Part shown: piece by piece, positions 14,701 through 26,934 of the stretch
How positions within the stretch are numbered: position 1 is the first letter of the stretch
Layout: every line of letters starts with the position of its first letter
Origin: Geosiphon pyriformis uo1
Lineage: Eukaryota; Fungi; Glomeromycota
Assembly (NCBI GenBank): GCA_016748015.1
Contig: JAAOMT010000198.1
Location: 294,797 to 358,796, forward strand
Length of the DNA stretch: 64,000 nucleotides
Direction of reading: 5' to 3'
Program-made: the position numbers and the translations under genes
The notes under the pieces: model-generated
Database searches by the model: none
What the model saw: the letters and a program-made list of their open reading frames with translations, nothing else
Told to the model about the DNA's origin: nothing

Positions 14701-16770
14701 TTTATATTATTTTAAGTTATAATACATTATTCTGTATTATTTTATATTATTAAATTTTTCTAAATTATCATATTTTTAATCATGTTTTTTCCAATATTTT
14801 TTAAATTGGTTTTTTTATTCAGGTAACAGTGCCTGTAATGTATATGAAATTAAATACCATAAACTTATTTTAGATTGTTTTACTTAATGGAATTCTACTT
14901 ATAATATAGTTAGAAATAAATTATTTCTTAAATCAGCAAGTTGTTTATTTCTGATTTTGTATATTTTAAATACAAAAATTCTAATTATAAATTTATAGAC
15001 ATTAAATACTTTTATTAGTATTCATATTAACCTTTATTAATATGTTATTTTATATAATTAGTAAGCTATCTTTAATAAAATTGCTAAATTTCTTGAACTA
15101 TTTAAAGATATTACAATCAAAATATCAGTCAATTCAAATAATATTGTTTTCTTAATTATTTTCCTTTTTAATATTATTTTTAATCACATTGAAAACATAG
15201 TTGATAATAATAAATCTGATAAAGCATTATAATCTTAATTGTATTTATTTAGTTATTTATTTAATATATTTAATATTAGATCTATTACTTATCATGATAG
15301 CTAAGGCAGCAAGAGAAAAATTAGTTGAATATTACTTTAAAACAAATACAACTGTAATGTTTTGTATTGTATTAGATCTAAAAAGAAAATATTATTATTT
15401 CACAAAGAAAAAATTTTTAAATGACAATATTAATAAAATAAAAAATTGTAAATTATTAATTTATTTAAATGGTTTTATTTTTCAACTTTTACACAATAAA
15501 TAAATCTTTAGAATATGCATTTTCTTTAAAATAAAGTATACATTAAATATTATACTAATATTAAATAACAGTTTTTTGTTAAATAGTAATTTTTATAATA
15601 CTATAGTATTAGTTACACAATCAATATTAAAGACAGATTTTGATAATAATAAAGAAAAAAAATTTAACAAAATTGATTATTATATCTTTGAAAAAGTGGT
15701 CAATAAGAAAATAAATATAATAGCATGATGAAAGGTATATTACAAAAAATATTTATTTAAATTAATATTTTATTAATAATTTGATATTTAGGCACATTAA
15801 ACATAATTTTCTTGTTTTGTATATATAACTTGTAATTATTTAGCAATCCAAAGATTATCTGTTGCTTTTGAATGTCTTTTTTCTATATATAAGAATATAA
15901 TTACAGATATAAAGTCTTGTTTAGTGCTTAAAACTATAAGAGCAGCACAGTATTTTCAATTATAAATGCAGGAACCATTAAAAAAAAATTAAATAATAAT
16001 ATAATATAATATAATGTTTTTAATAGTTGAATCTAAATATGTTTATAAACTTTGAACCAAACTTGAACCAGACTTGTTATATATATTTAGGTTTAGTTTA
16101 AGTTTAGTAATTTTAAGTTTAATTTAAGTTTAAGTTCAAAATTTTGCCAAATTTTCTGTTCAAGTTTAATTTAGTTTAGTAGTTTAATTAAACTTGAACC
16201 AAATTGGATCAAACATTAAAACTTTATTCTTTTTTTTTTNNNNNNNNNNNNNNNNNNNNTATAATAGCATGATGAAAGGTATATTACAAAAAATATTTAT
16301 TTAAATTAATATTTTATTAATAATTTGATATTTAGGCACATTAAACATAATTTTCTTGTTTTGTATATATAACTTGTAATTATTTAGCAATCCAAAGATT
16401 ATCTGTTGCTTTTGAATGTCTTTTTTCTATATATAAGAATATAATTACAGATATAAAGTCTTGTTTAGTGCTTAAAACTATAAGAGCAGCACAGTATTTT
16501 CAATTATAAATGCAGGAACCATTAAAAAAAAATTAAATAATAATATAATATAATATAATGTTTTTAATAGTTGAATCTAAATATGTTTATAAACTTTGAA
16601 CCAAACTTGAACCAGACTTGTTATATATATTTAGGTTTAGTTTAAGTTTAGTAATTTTAAGTTTAATTTAAGTTTAAGTTCAAAATTTTGCCAAATTTTC
16701 TGTTCAAGTTTAATTTAGTTTAGTAGTTTAATTAAACTTGAACCAAATTGGATCAAACATTAAAACTTTA
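11783..16770 (+). mobile_element. hAT DNA transposon, copy 2 (contains a foldback insertion; right end present twice because of the assembly gap)
   Basis: Colinear with copy 1 from TAAAATTCCAAT (11783) to ATTAAAACTTTA (ending at 16226 and again at 16770). FTSDF*ISSNNK at ~12816. ORF 15201-15503 contains AAREKLVEYY...VLDLKRK. Confidence 0.88.
13820..14828. mobile_element. Non-autonomous foldback element with TGTTAC...GTAACA termini and ~400-bp inverted arms (Ginger-like)
   Basis: 13820-~14220 is the reverse complement of ~14425-14828. The flanks atac (13816-13819) and gtgc (14829-14832) form a 4-bp TSD. hAT copy 1 has the empty site gaat-atat-ctgtaata at ~9764-9780. Confidence 0.82.
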
Positions 16771-16783
16771 TTCTTTTTTTTTT
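15716..16783. other. Assembly gap (N 16240-16259) with exact flanking duplication
   Basis: 15716-16239 is repeated at 16260-16783 with no differences seen, which indicates an unmerged contig overlap. Confidence 0.9.
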
Positions 16784-16982
16784 CTTTTATAATAATATAA
16801 TATATGTTTGTTTTCTTATTTAATTTTAAAAATTAATTTAATTAGATAAAACTAAAGCTATTTTTTTTCTGTTTTTTAATAATATTGTTTTTAATAATAT
16901 TTAAAAAACAATTATTAATTGTTAAAAATTTGCTAAATAGTTTAGTACTTAATACTTTTTTTAAAATTAAATTGGCTTTTTT

Positions 16983-19900
16983 TTTATTTTTATTTTTTTT
17001 ATTATGCATTTTATGAGTAAAGTCCAATTATTGTTTAGTATACAGAGCCAAACTAAGAGGCCCAGACTAAATGCAGCTCATGCACTTACTACATGTGGCT
17101 AGCCACTCAGGCCAGACAAGACAACACTACACACATACAACAACACGAGGATTGAAATCCAAACCAGAAAAGAAAAGTTTAGGCTTACAATAGCCAAAGC
17201 TAACAGAAAAAAAACCCAAAACACCAAGCATCTGAATCACACCATTAGACAACACAGATATCTTGCAATGTGACAAACCTGATATCACCCCATCATCCCC
17301 AACTGAACCAGCCTTTTCTATGCTTATCCTATAACTAGACCTTATCAGTCAGACTCTACTATGATATAGCTTAACAATACTCCTTACAAAATTGACAACA
17401 ACACCAACAGCTACTTTCTTGACTTCAAAAACCCCAACAGCCTCTGAGCACCAATTACTCATGACAAATCCCTTACACAAAACCAAATACAAGCCAACAT
17501 CTAAGGAACAATGACCAAGAAACTGCAGAACAGCAGAAGAGAATGAGACACAAGAACTTACCAAAAAAACCCAAGATGTAGTGGCTTTAGCAAGGATCTC
17601 CTCTTGAACACCAGCATCTATAGCACAAGAAAACACATGATCGGGCAACTCCACCTTCTTACACAACAAGCACAGCACATCAGGATAACTTTTATTATAT
17701 AATCTTTTTCAAACAGCCATAAAGAGTTGATGGTGCACAGCCTTCATCAAATACAACTACAACACAGAAGACTTTCAGCTAGTAAATCCAGTAAGCATGT
17801 GTGAATCAGGGTGCCATACTCTTGAGAGAGCACTTCAGTTTACACATTCGAACAAACTACTCTGAATTACATCACAGCCAGGCCCAGCCTCCCAACATGC
17901 CTGGCACACAGATCTAAACAAATTCCTAACAAAATAGCAGGCATTGCCAGACACAACCATACTCTCAGTAATCAAAAGCCATTTCTGTATTCTAATGGGC
18001 AAAGAAAACTGAGAACATATAGCAATACCAGCAGTAGTGTCAGCTTTAATGTTGCCATAAACACCAGAATAATCTTTAACTTTAACCCAACTTATACTCA
18101 AATTTTTTTCTCTAATCAAATTAAAAATGTAATGTCTTTCTACCCAGCACAGAACCTGGAAATCAGGCACCAGATAAGACAACTCAGAGACATATGTGTC
18201 AATGGCAGCTTGACTATCAAGATGTACTGTCATTGCACTAGAAGATGGAACACATTCCAATACCAAAGCAACAGCCTGCAATTTAGCCAAGATGGAAGAT
18301 ATCAAACCATGGATCTTAACACTAATACTATAGTTAATAGCAGAAAAATATGCAGCAGCACTACCAGCAACATTAGAAGAGCCAAAATCTTTCAGCAAAC
18401 CATCTGTAAAAATCTCAAAAGGACCAGACTATAATTCGTGTAAATTACTATGCAAATCAGAAAACTCCTCAGAAGCCAAAATGTCCAAACCAGAAAATTG
18501 ATTGACTCTAGCCAGACCAGATGACAAAGCACCACCATCACACAAAAACCCAGATGTGAAATTGAACCAATGAGAAACAAGTCTTCTTGGATCGAGTCTT
18601 TTTCACTGGCAAAAAGTTTTCCAATTTATTACATGACCCTTTTTGTCAAGCAACTTGTCTCCAAAGGCAACACCAAACCACTTCAAAAAATGAACAGAAC
18701 CAAAGTAAGAAGCACTTCTCAACACCAATGACATAGAAAAATTACCAGGATTATGAAAAGCACAAAGCAGATTATTTGCCAGAGACAGCTCATTACCCAA
18801 AAAAATCTTAACCACACCAGCCAAAAAATTGTTCACAGGACTAATATGTATCTTGACAGAAAATTGCAAGGAATTCAAAGGAGCCCAATTTAGAATCTGC
18901 AAATCCAAGAATCTATGATCAAACAAATGCCCTAAAATGCCCAAAGCATTAGAAAACATAACCACAGCAACCAATTTGCTCTCAGCCTGTATCTGCTTGA
19001 AAGATTTCAGGCCATACAATGAGGGATGATGCAAAGCTGCATCAGGGAAGTTATGAAGAAGACCAGCTTTAAGCTTAAGACCCTTCTTGACCAAGACATC
19101 CCACTTGTGGCACACATTTAAAGAAACAAAGCTGAATTGAGTACGGTAGTTGACAATGGGCTGTAAGACAGCTGACACTAAATATGAAAACTGCTTATCT
19201 GTGATAGTCTTCCTGAGCACTACATTGGCAAAAAAACAAACATCCAAATGGGCCTTGACCAAATTAGGCCTAGACAAGCCCTTTGTTAACAAAAAAATCC
19301 CCAAATATTTATGTGCTTTGCCTCTTTTGGCAATAGAAATTGGCTGCCCATTAATATTCAGAGAAGCAACTTTAACACTCTGATTAATAGGAATGGCCAC
19401 AGTTTTTTCACTATTGATGGAAATATCATTAATCGAAAAGAAATTGCTAGCAATGTTCAAGGCATACTACATTAATGCCTGACAATCTCTGACCCAAATA
19501 GTGTCATCAACAAATGCCCCAGCCACAAAAAAAGAAAACATCCTATCATCACTCTCAACTCTGCCCGATTTAGCCACAAACTTAGTATTAATCTGGTACT
19601 CACATAGATGCTCATGCCTTTTAACTTCACACAATAGCAGATCATAAAAAATTCTCTAAAAAAAGGGTGAAAAAACCTCACCCTGATCCAAACCATCATG
19701 TACTCTATAACCATTTGAGAGGCCAAAATTGGTCATTACCCTGTTAATTCTATCCTCATAGATACTGCCAAAAAACTTGATAAATCTGCCACACATCTTG
19801 ATACACCGCAGGCTAGTCTTTAAGTGGTGCCAACCAACAAAATCATATACCTTATGCATATCTTGCAAAACCAACCAAAGTTCTTTATTTTTCTCAAGAG

Positions 19901-22900
19901 CATCTTCAACCACTGACCCAACAGCAAACACCAGAACTTGAGTAGAAGTACCCTTTAACACTAAAAAATTGTCACCATGGAGGACACTAAACTTGCTACA
20001 AGCAAAAGAAATTTGATCAAAAAGAATCTTTCTGGCTGTTTTAATCAAAGCAATAGGGCAGGTATTCGTAAAAATTCTATCCCAATCATAAGGTTTAGGG
20101 ATCATCAAAACCCATGCTCTTTTCCATAAGGCAGGCATCATACTAATAAAGAGACATTCATTCAACAGCACCAAAAAGCACTCCATCATACTTTTGCCAT
20201 TATGTTTTCAAAGTTTATTCAGAATGCCAGACAAGCCAGTGGCTTTGCCATCAGGCAGACCACCAACAACTACAAACAACTTACTCATGCCAATTGCATC
20301 CATCACACCAGAAAAAGCATTATCTCTAATATAGTCCAATGGTACATACTGGTGAGCCCAGAAATCAGACAGTGCAGAAGGCACCACACATTTCCTTGTC
20401 CAACCTTCCATGATCCTGTCAACATTCAATCTTATCCCATCTGGATCCAATACCAGCTCATCATCAACCACCAAGTGATCCAACACCACCTTCCAAAAGA
20501 GTCTATTCAAAACACTTCTGATCATACTGTTCTTGTCCAAACCAAACTTTTCCATGTATTTCTCAATAGCTGCTCTAATAGAAGCCTCCTGTGCCAATTT
20601 CGATTCATACATTTTGAACTTTCTGTATCTTTTTCTTATAGTTGACAAATATTTAAGAATGTCCATTATTTTATGATCAGCATAAACCATGTTCCTTAAC
20701 ACAAGAGTCTTATCAGCATCCAAAGTTGACCATTTTTTAACAAAGCAATCAAACCTGAAAGCGTCACCAGATTCCAATCTCTTGACAATCTTGGCAACCA
20801 ACAATTCCAGTTCCAAAAATTTAGAAGACTGCTTATTTCTTGAACATTGAAAATTACTGAACCAAAGCCTAGAAAAGATTTCATCTGCAGAATCCACCAA
20901 TGCTCCTTCCAGTAGTGATCACATAGCATCTAAATTATGACCTGCAGTTGTGGCAAGAAACCTATCTTTTATCATCAAAATCCTGACAGAGAAGCAGTCT
21001 CTAAAGTGAGACCACTCAGCACTGTCTGCATCTTTGATTTTGAACTTTCAACAATTCTTGTTAGCTTGTTTGTGCAAACCATTTAATTGAACATCCAGGA
21101 GCCCATCCAGACTAACTGATACCACCACAGTATTGTGATTTGTATCAAAAAAATCAGAAACAAAACTGACCCAATGTTTTGCAACAGCGGAAAATAGACT
21201 TTCACTAATAAAAATGTAATCAATAGTTCTCTCAGCATCTCTTGAATTGCATCATGTAAGAGCCTTAATCAAATAATAGCCATTAAACAAATTAACTAGA
21301 CCCAGACTTGAGCAGAATTTGAAACTCGCACTTCTTCCAGATCTGCTCTCATTAAAATCCCCACCTAAGACCATGAAAGTACTGGTGTTAACAGCCTTTG
21401 CAATGATAGAGTTAACCTCAGGTGCTTGCCCAAAATGGACGCCAGCAGAAACACCAGCATACAAACTGAGAACAGACACCGAGAGCTTGCCCTTAAACAG
21501 AAGACACACCAAAATAATCCAACCAAGAACTACTTTAACCTTAGAAACATGACAAGCCAAAGAATTGTTTATGACAACAGTAACATCAGCACTAAGATGC
21601 CCAACATCCAAACCAGAAGTAAAAATCTGAACTCCATCATATTTATCCTTGATTCAAAGTCCAGAGGAAGATCTTAACTTTGTTTTGGTAATAAAAGAAA
21701 CCGTATTCCCAAAACTTATATGCCAGCAAACAACATCCACTTGCTTTGCAGGAACATTGATATCCCTAACATTGCATGTAGCTATTTTTCAAAGCAAATC
21801 ACTCATAGGAATGAAAAAAGTAATAAGGAGCCAGAACCAGAACACAAATAATCCAATCTGTTTATGCTGAACTAATTGAAGCTTCCAAAAATGTCATCTT
21901 TGACTCCAATCCACCCATCTTGGTGGTTAGAATCTTGGAGCTACTCAAACTGAAACCAGAAGTATCATCAACAACAGCAAAAAAAGGGAGAGCAGAAGGC
22001 TCTGGTGCATCATCCAAAATCATATTCGAGATAACTTTTGGAGCCAAAATTGTAGAAACAGCCAAAAAAAGTTTACAAAAAACAGATAGCAATGGCACTA
22101 GTTCTACAAAGCTCAACTTTCTCACAATATTAGAAACCTGATTGGTTAAAAGCTCCAAAGACCATTCCAAAGATGCCAAGCAATTAAACAAACTAGAGAC
22201 ACCATGCAGATTGGCACTGCTAAAAGAGGACCAAACACCAATAGAAGGTTTAACATCAGGAAACAGACCAGCACTTAAAGGAGATGAGGAACCCAAAAGA
22301 GAAGAGGAACCACCCACAACTTGAGCCCAAGTTTTGTCACTAAAAGAAACCAGGCAAATAATAGACACCTGTTTTCTTTTATAAATGTTGGCCAGGCAAA
22401 TCTGATCCTGATCAGTTACTACCTACTTCTCACAAATTCCAGAATCCCCACCAACCAAACACACGTCAAATATATGACCAAATTGTTTACATTTGGTGCA
22501 ACAAGCCAGAAAAAGACCAGTCCAGTACAAATTTACACCCTTATAAACTGGAATAGAACCAATAGCAGCCAATTTGGATGTCTTATTCTCAAAACAGACT
22601 ACTGCACATCTATTACGTACATAAGAACTAGGATTGTGACCAATAAAACAGGTCTTTCCATCATATGATTCAAGTAAACCAGGCAAATTGTAAGCAGTAA
22701 TACCAATTGGTAAAGTATAGAACAAAGCCCTATGCTAATCCCTAAATATCCAAGATTGTTTATCCTCTATTGCCAAAACAACTCGCACAAAATCTTTTCC
22801 CATGAAAACCAACCACTTAGAAACAACTGAATTAACTACTTCAGATGATTTATATTTGACCAAAGCTTTTTGCCACAGATCAATTAATTGCATCTTGATT

Positions 22901-23904
22901 GATACAATCTTTCCAAACTTAGAGAAAACAGATTCCACAGCTAATTTGGAAAGATCAACCAGAATCTCCTTAACAACAATTACCCAATTTATATGTTTGT
23001 TTACCTGTCTAACATCATTATTTACCACAATTTTCTTATGAATTGCCAATTCCCTAGCCTTTTTTAGACTCAATTCAGACATGAAAGATGATCTGATAAT
23101 CCCAGAAAATTTTGAGGGAGTTAATGCTCCCCCAAAACCATTAATTTGATAAAAAATTTTTTTCACTGCCATTAATTTATTACCATTAGTCTTTTCAGGC
23201 ACAGCAGCCAAATCCACATCTAAAGCAAACAATCTAATTGGCTCAAAGCTATGACTTTCCGAAACACGTAAGTTGGCTGATAGCAGCCAATTGGACCCAG
23301 CAAACTTAGGCTTAGGAAGCACCAACTCAGTGTCATTGTTACTCAAGTTTCTGAAGGAAGGTGTTTTTGGCAGCGGTCTCAAAACATAGGTTTTTATTTG
23401 TGTTTTTCTAGACATTATATCATCTACCATGTTGTCAGTTTCAGAAGCATTGGAATCCACATAACTTGTCTCTTCAGCCACCATGTTGTTTATGTTCTTA
23501 ATATCAGACATCCCACTAATGCTGGCATCTTTACTCTTAACCTTGCTGTCCCAAGACACCTTGCATTCACCACAGTCCATTTGCAAAACGTTTTCAGGGA
23601 TAAATCCAGCTGATGAGTCTACTACAATTCCAGTAGCAATGAGTTTTTTTGATTTTTTGTACGAAGGATCCCGAGCATAAACACTTTCAACTCGTGCTTT
23701 TTTTTTAGACCCAGACCAGAATCTTAGCCCAGCCAAACCAGTACCAGAACCACCAGCAAAAGAGCCAACTAGTTCTATCACAACAAAATAGGGTACGTTA
23801 AAAGAAATAACTAAAGATAATAAGGAGGAAGGGAAAAGAAAAAAGCTAAATCTTTGGCAATACAAATGTTCTTATCATGGTCAGAGGATTGACAAGAGAA
23901 AAAA
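16983..23904 (-). mobile_element. Full-length non-LTR retrotransposon (LINE) copy 1, inactivated: ORF1 (RRM-like + Zn knuckle), ORF2 (APE, RT, RNase H, C-terminal Cys/His finger)
   Basis: ORF1: VFSKFGKIVSIKMQL and CTKCKQFGHIFDVC. APE: KIATCNVR and VLGGDFNE. RT: NTCPIALI, LVLQDMHKVYD, GLDQGEVFSP and AFVDD. RNase H: FTDG, HLDSQAAI and WVKVKDYSGVYGNIKAD. Finger: CLLCKKVELPDHVFSC. The poly(A) tail reads as a T-tract at ~16983-17000. TSD ggctttttt at 16974-16982 and 23905-23913. Confidence 0.93.
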
Positions 23905-24950
23905 GGCTTTTTTAAGATTGTTTTTTAGTTTATGTATAATTTTATTAATATAAAATTAATGTTTAAAAACAATATAAAGCTGTTTTATATAAAATTTGGC
24001 TTTTAAGTTTTTTTAAATACTGTTTTTTAAATTGAATTTGCCAATTTTATTTACTTTTTTATTTTTAAGATTGCAAGTTTTTGGTAATTTTTAAATTTAT
24101 ATTTTTTGTTAATATTAAAAATATTTTAGTAAAGTTTTTTAAATTATATTAAAATATATTAATATTTAACAATATGCTATTATTTGTTTTGAATTTTTTA
24201 ATATAGCTATAATTGTTTTTAATTTTTAATTAATTTTAATAATAAAAAACAGTATTAAATTTTTTTTTGCTAATTAAAAAAAATTATTAATGTTTAAAAC
24301 CAATTAATTAATTTTTTTCTAAATATATAGTTTTAAGATTAGTAAACTGGTTTTTCAAATTTATAAACACTTTTATTTTATTTTTTAATTTTTTAATTTT
24401 TCTTAATAATTATAATTTACAATTATTATTTTTGGTTTTCAAAAAAATCTGAATATTATAATTATTAAAATTAGTATTTTAAAAAAATTTTTTAATTGTT
24501 GATATTGTTTTAAATATTAAAATTTAAATTATTTGGCTGCAGATTATAAAGTATTTTTATTCTTTCTTTTAAAGTTTTTATTTAAGTTTGTAATTAGTTT
24601 TAAGAATTTTAAACTTTGTTTTATTAATATTAAGTTTTATGTTAAAATTTCTGTTTTATTGGTTTTTTTATTGTTGTTTCTTTAATCATTTTTACTATTG
24701 TATTGTTATTTATTCTATAATTGGTTTTAAGTTAGCTTTTTTGAAATTTAAGTTGACTGTATTGAATTTATTAACTAAATTTTTTGTTAAATTTATTAAT
24801 ACTTTGGTTGTTTTTGTTATTAAATTACTTAATGCTTTTTTTGTTTTACATATTAGGTTAAATAAAATGTATATTATAATTCAGAAAAATATTGTTGTAT
24901 TTAAAAGTAATATAAACAAGTTATATATAAATATTAATGTACTTAAAATA
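23905..24950 (+). pseudogene. Heavily decayed relic, probably ORF1 of an older LINE family, interrupted by LINE copy 1 (continues left at ~16790-16982)
   Basis: A frame continues across the reconstructed empty site (KIKLAF-FKIVF*FMYNFINIKLMFKNNIKLFYIKFG). The coiled-coil-like GFKLAFLKFKLTVLNLLTKFFVK resembles LINE ORF1 C-termini. Recognition is from memory only. Confidence 0.4.
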
Positions 24951-25572
24951 AAACATAAAGCTAAAAATAATAAAATATAGGTATTTTTGATAATATAATT
25001 AATAAAAAAATATTTGCTTAGATAATAGCTTTTTGGAAGCTTTAGATTCATGAAATTAAATTGAATGCAGATAATACTGCCAAGTGGATAAGTGAATTGG
25101 TTAGAAATAGTTGTATTTTGGTTGTTTATATGCACAAAATATCTTTTTAAAATAGGGTTTTCTCTTTAAATTTAGGATACTTAGTTTGTTGCATTGTATT
25201 AAGTAGTGATTGGACTTTGCACGTTAAATAAAAATAAAATTTAGAATTACTAGTGTTTTTCCAGTTTTTTCTTAGCATATTTGATATTTTAAATTTGGTT
25301 AATTTATAATAAACATTAAAATTTTTATAATGGCTTTTATTAAATAACAAATACAATAATTTTTAAATTGGCTGAAACTGTTTTTCGACCAAATATATAA
25401 CATTTTCACACTTAATAAAGTAACTCTATTAGTTGGATCTACACGTGAGAAATATGTTAAAATTTAAAGTTAATTTGAACAGTCTATGCATTGAAGTATC
25501 GTTATTTTGCCTTCACATAATCTTTTCAATTCTTCACTTAACACCATCCTCATTCCCCCTTTAGGTATAATA

Positions 25573-26625
25573 ATGTCAAAGAGCTCTCGACTCAATTTAT
25601 TAGCTGATAACACATTAGTTACCGTTTTAGAGCGTAATAGATGCAAAAATGAGAACATTGACCATGTATCACACGAAATTACAATAAGTAAAAATTTACA
25701 AAAACTAAAAAGTGGTATTAATGAACTTGAACAAGAGTTGTCTTTAGCGGAACAATCGGGAAGTTTGTAAGTTGTTCGTTTAAAAAATTCTATCAGGAAA
25801 CTCAAATTCCTCATCTTTACGTTGCTTAAGATCTTAGAACGCTGTAATTTAAATATTCTTGGCAATCACTCGATTTGATAGAAATTCCAATGAGCTCAAA
25901 CAAAAAGAAGACACTTTGATCAAAATTACAAAGCAAGTGGAAAAACTTGAGGCTCTAATGGGTGAAAGCAACGATATTTCTGCACGGTAACACGGTTTAA
26001 ACTTCCTTTAATTCATCCGTCTAAATTTCATCCGAGATTTTACAAGCGTCTTTGGAATTCAGGCAACTCATTTTAGGTTTAAGTACAACGGTCGAATCGT
26101 CGTCAACGGAATCGAAAAAGAAGCGTGTAAGGTTCACAGATCCAGTGACAGAACTGAATGTTATTGATGATCATCAGGTCCTGCAGCTTCAACAACAGAT
26201 TATGAACGGTAAAAGGATTCGATATGCTCCGCGAAAATATTATATTTAATAATAAATTCTTATTCATAAATTAGATCAAGATGAGGATTTAGATCGATTG
26301 GATGAGTCTATTGGACGGCAAAGAGAGCTTGGGATATTGATTGGTGATGAGTTGAATTATCATATTGAATTATTAGAGGAGACCGAGAATGCTGTAGATT
26401 CCACTGATTCAAGACTAGCCAGTGCGAGAAGAAGATTGAATCGTGTTTCCAAGCAAGCCAAGGAAAAAAGTATTTATTTAAATTTCAACTTTTGAGGACA
26501 TCTTGATTTGTTGATTTTTGACTTTCACGGTAATTCTATTTTGCAAAAATCTTTCTACAGGCTCTTTCTGGATAATTTTAGGTCTCATTTTAATTCTATT
26601 CCTATTGATTGCCGTGGTTCGGTAG
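25573..26625 (+). CDS. SYN8: Qc-SNARE, syntaxin-8/Syn8-like (5 exons)
   Basis: N-terminus MSKSSRLNLLADNTLVTVLERNR. SNARE motif QLQQQIMNDQDEDLDRLDESIGRQRELGILIGDELNYHIELLEE. C-terminal TM anchor SSFWIILGLILILFLLIAVVR* (TAG 26623-26625). GT-AG introns splice in frame. Confidence 0.85.
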
Positions 26626-26934
26626 AACAAGTCGCTATTCCTAATGTAATAATTTTTTAGACTTCAGAGTTTAGAAGGGACTCATCGGATATAGAGTTTT
26701 TATAGGTGGACAACACCTGTTATTAAAATTGATTGAATTTGTAGAATAGCATTAATTTAAATGTGAAACCTAGATAAATTAGGTTTAACAGGCGATCCAG
26801 CCTAAAATAAACACCTATTAAATTTTCAAATCAAAAGCCAATCCTTCCAATATTCCCAAAAAGGTCGTAGCTCGTGGCTGGAAATTCTCAAAAGGCTATT
26901 TGCAAGCGCCAAGGGTTTCTTTTTCAAGCAATTC

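Noticed and set aside
15716-16783. Apparent tandem duplication of the hAT right end
   Set aside because: It flanks an N-gap and shows no differences, whereas every real repeat pair here is heavily mutated.
25443-25448. CACGTG E-box upstream of SYN8 (and a CGCG near the NIC96 start)
   Set aside because: Single short motifs without conservation data cannot be told apart from chance.
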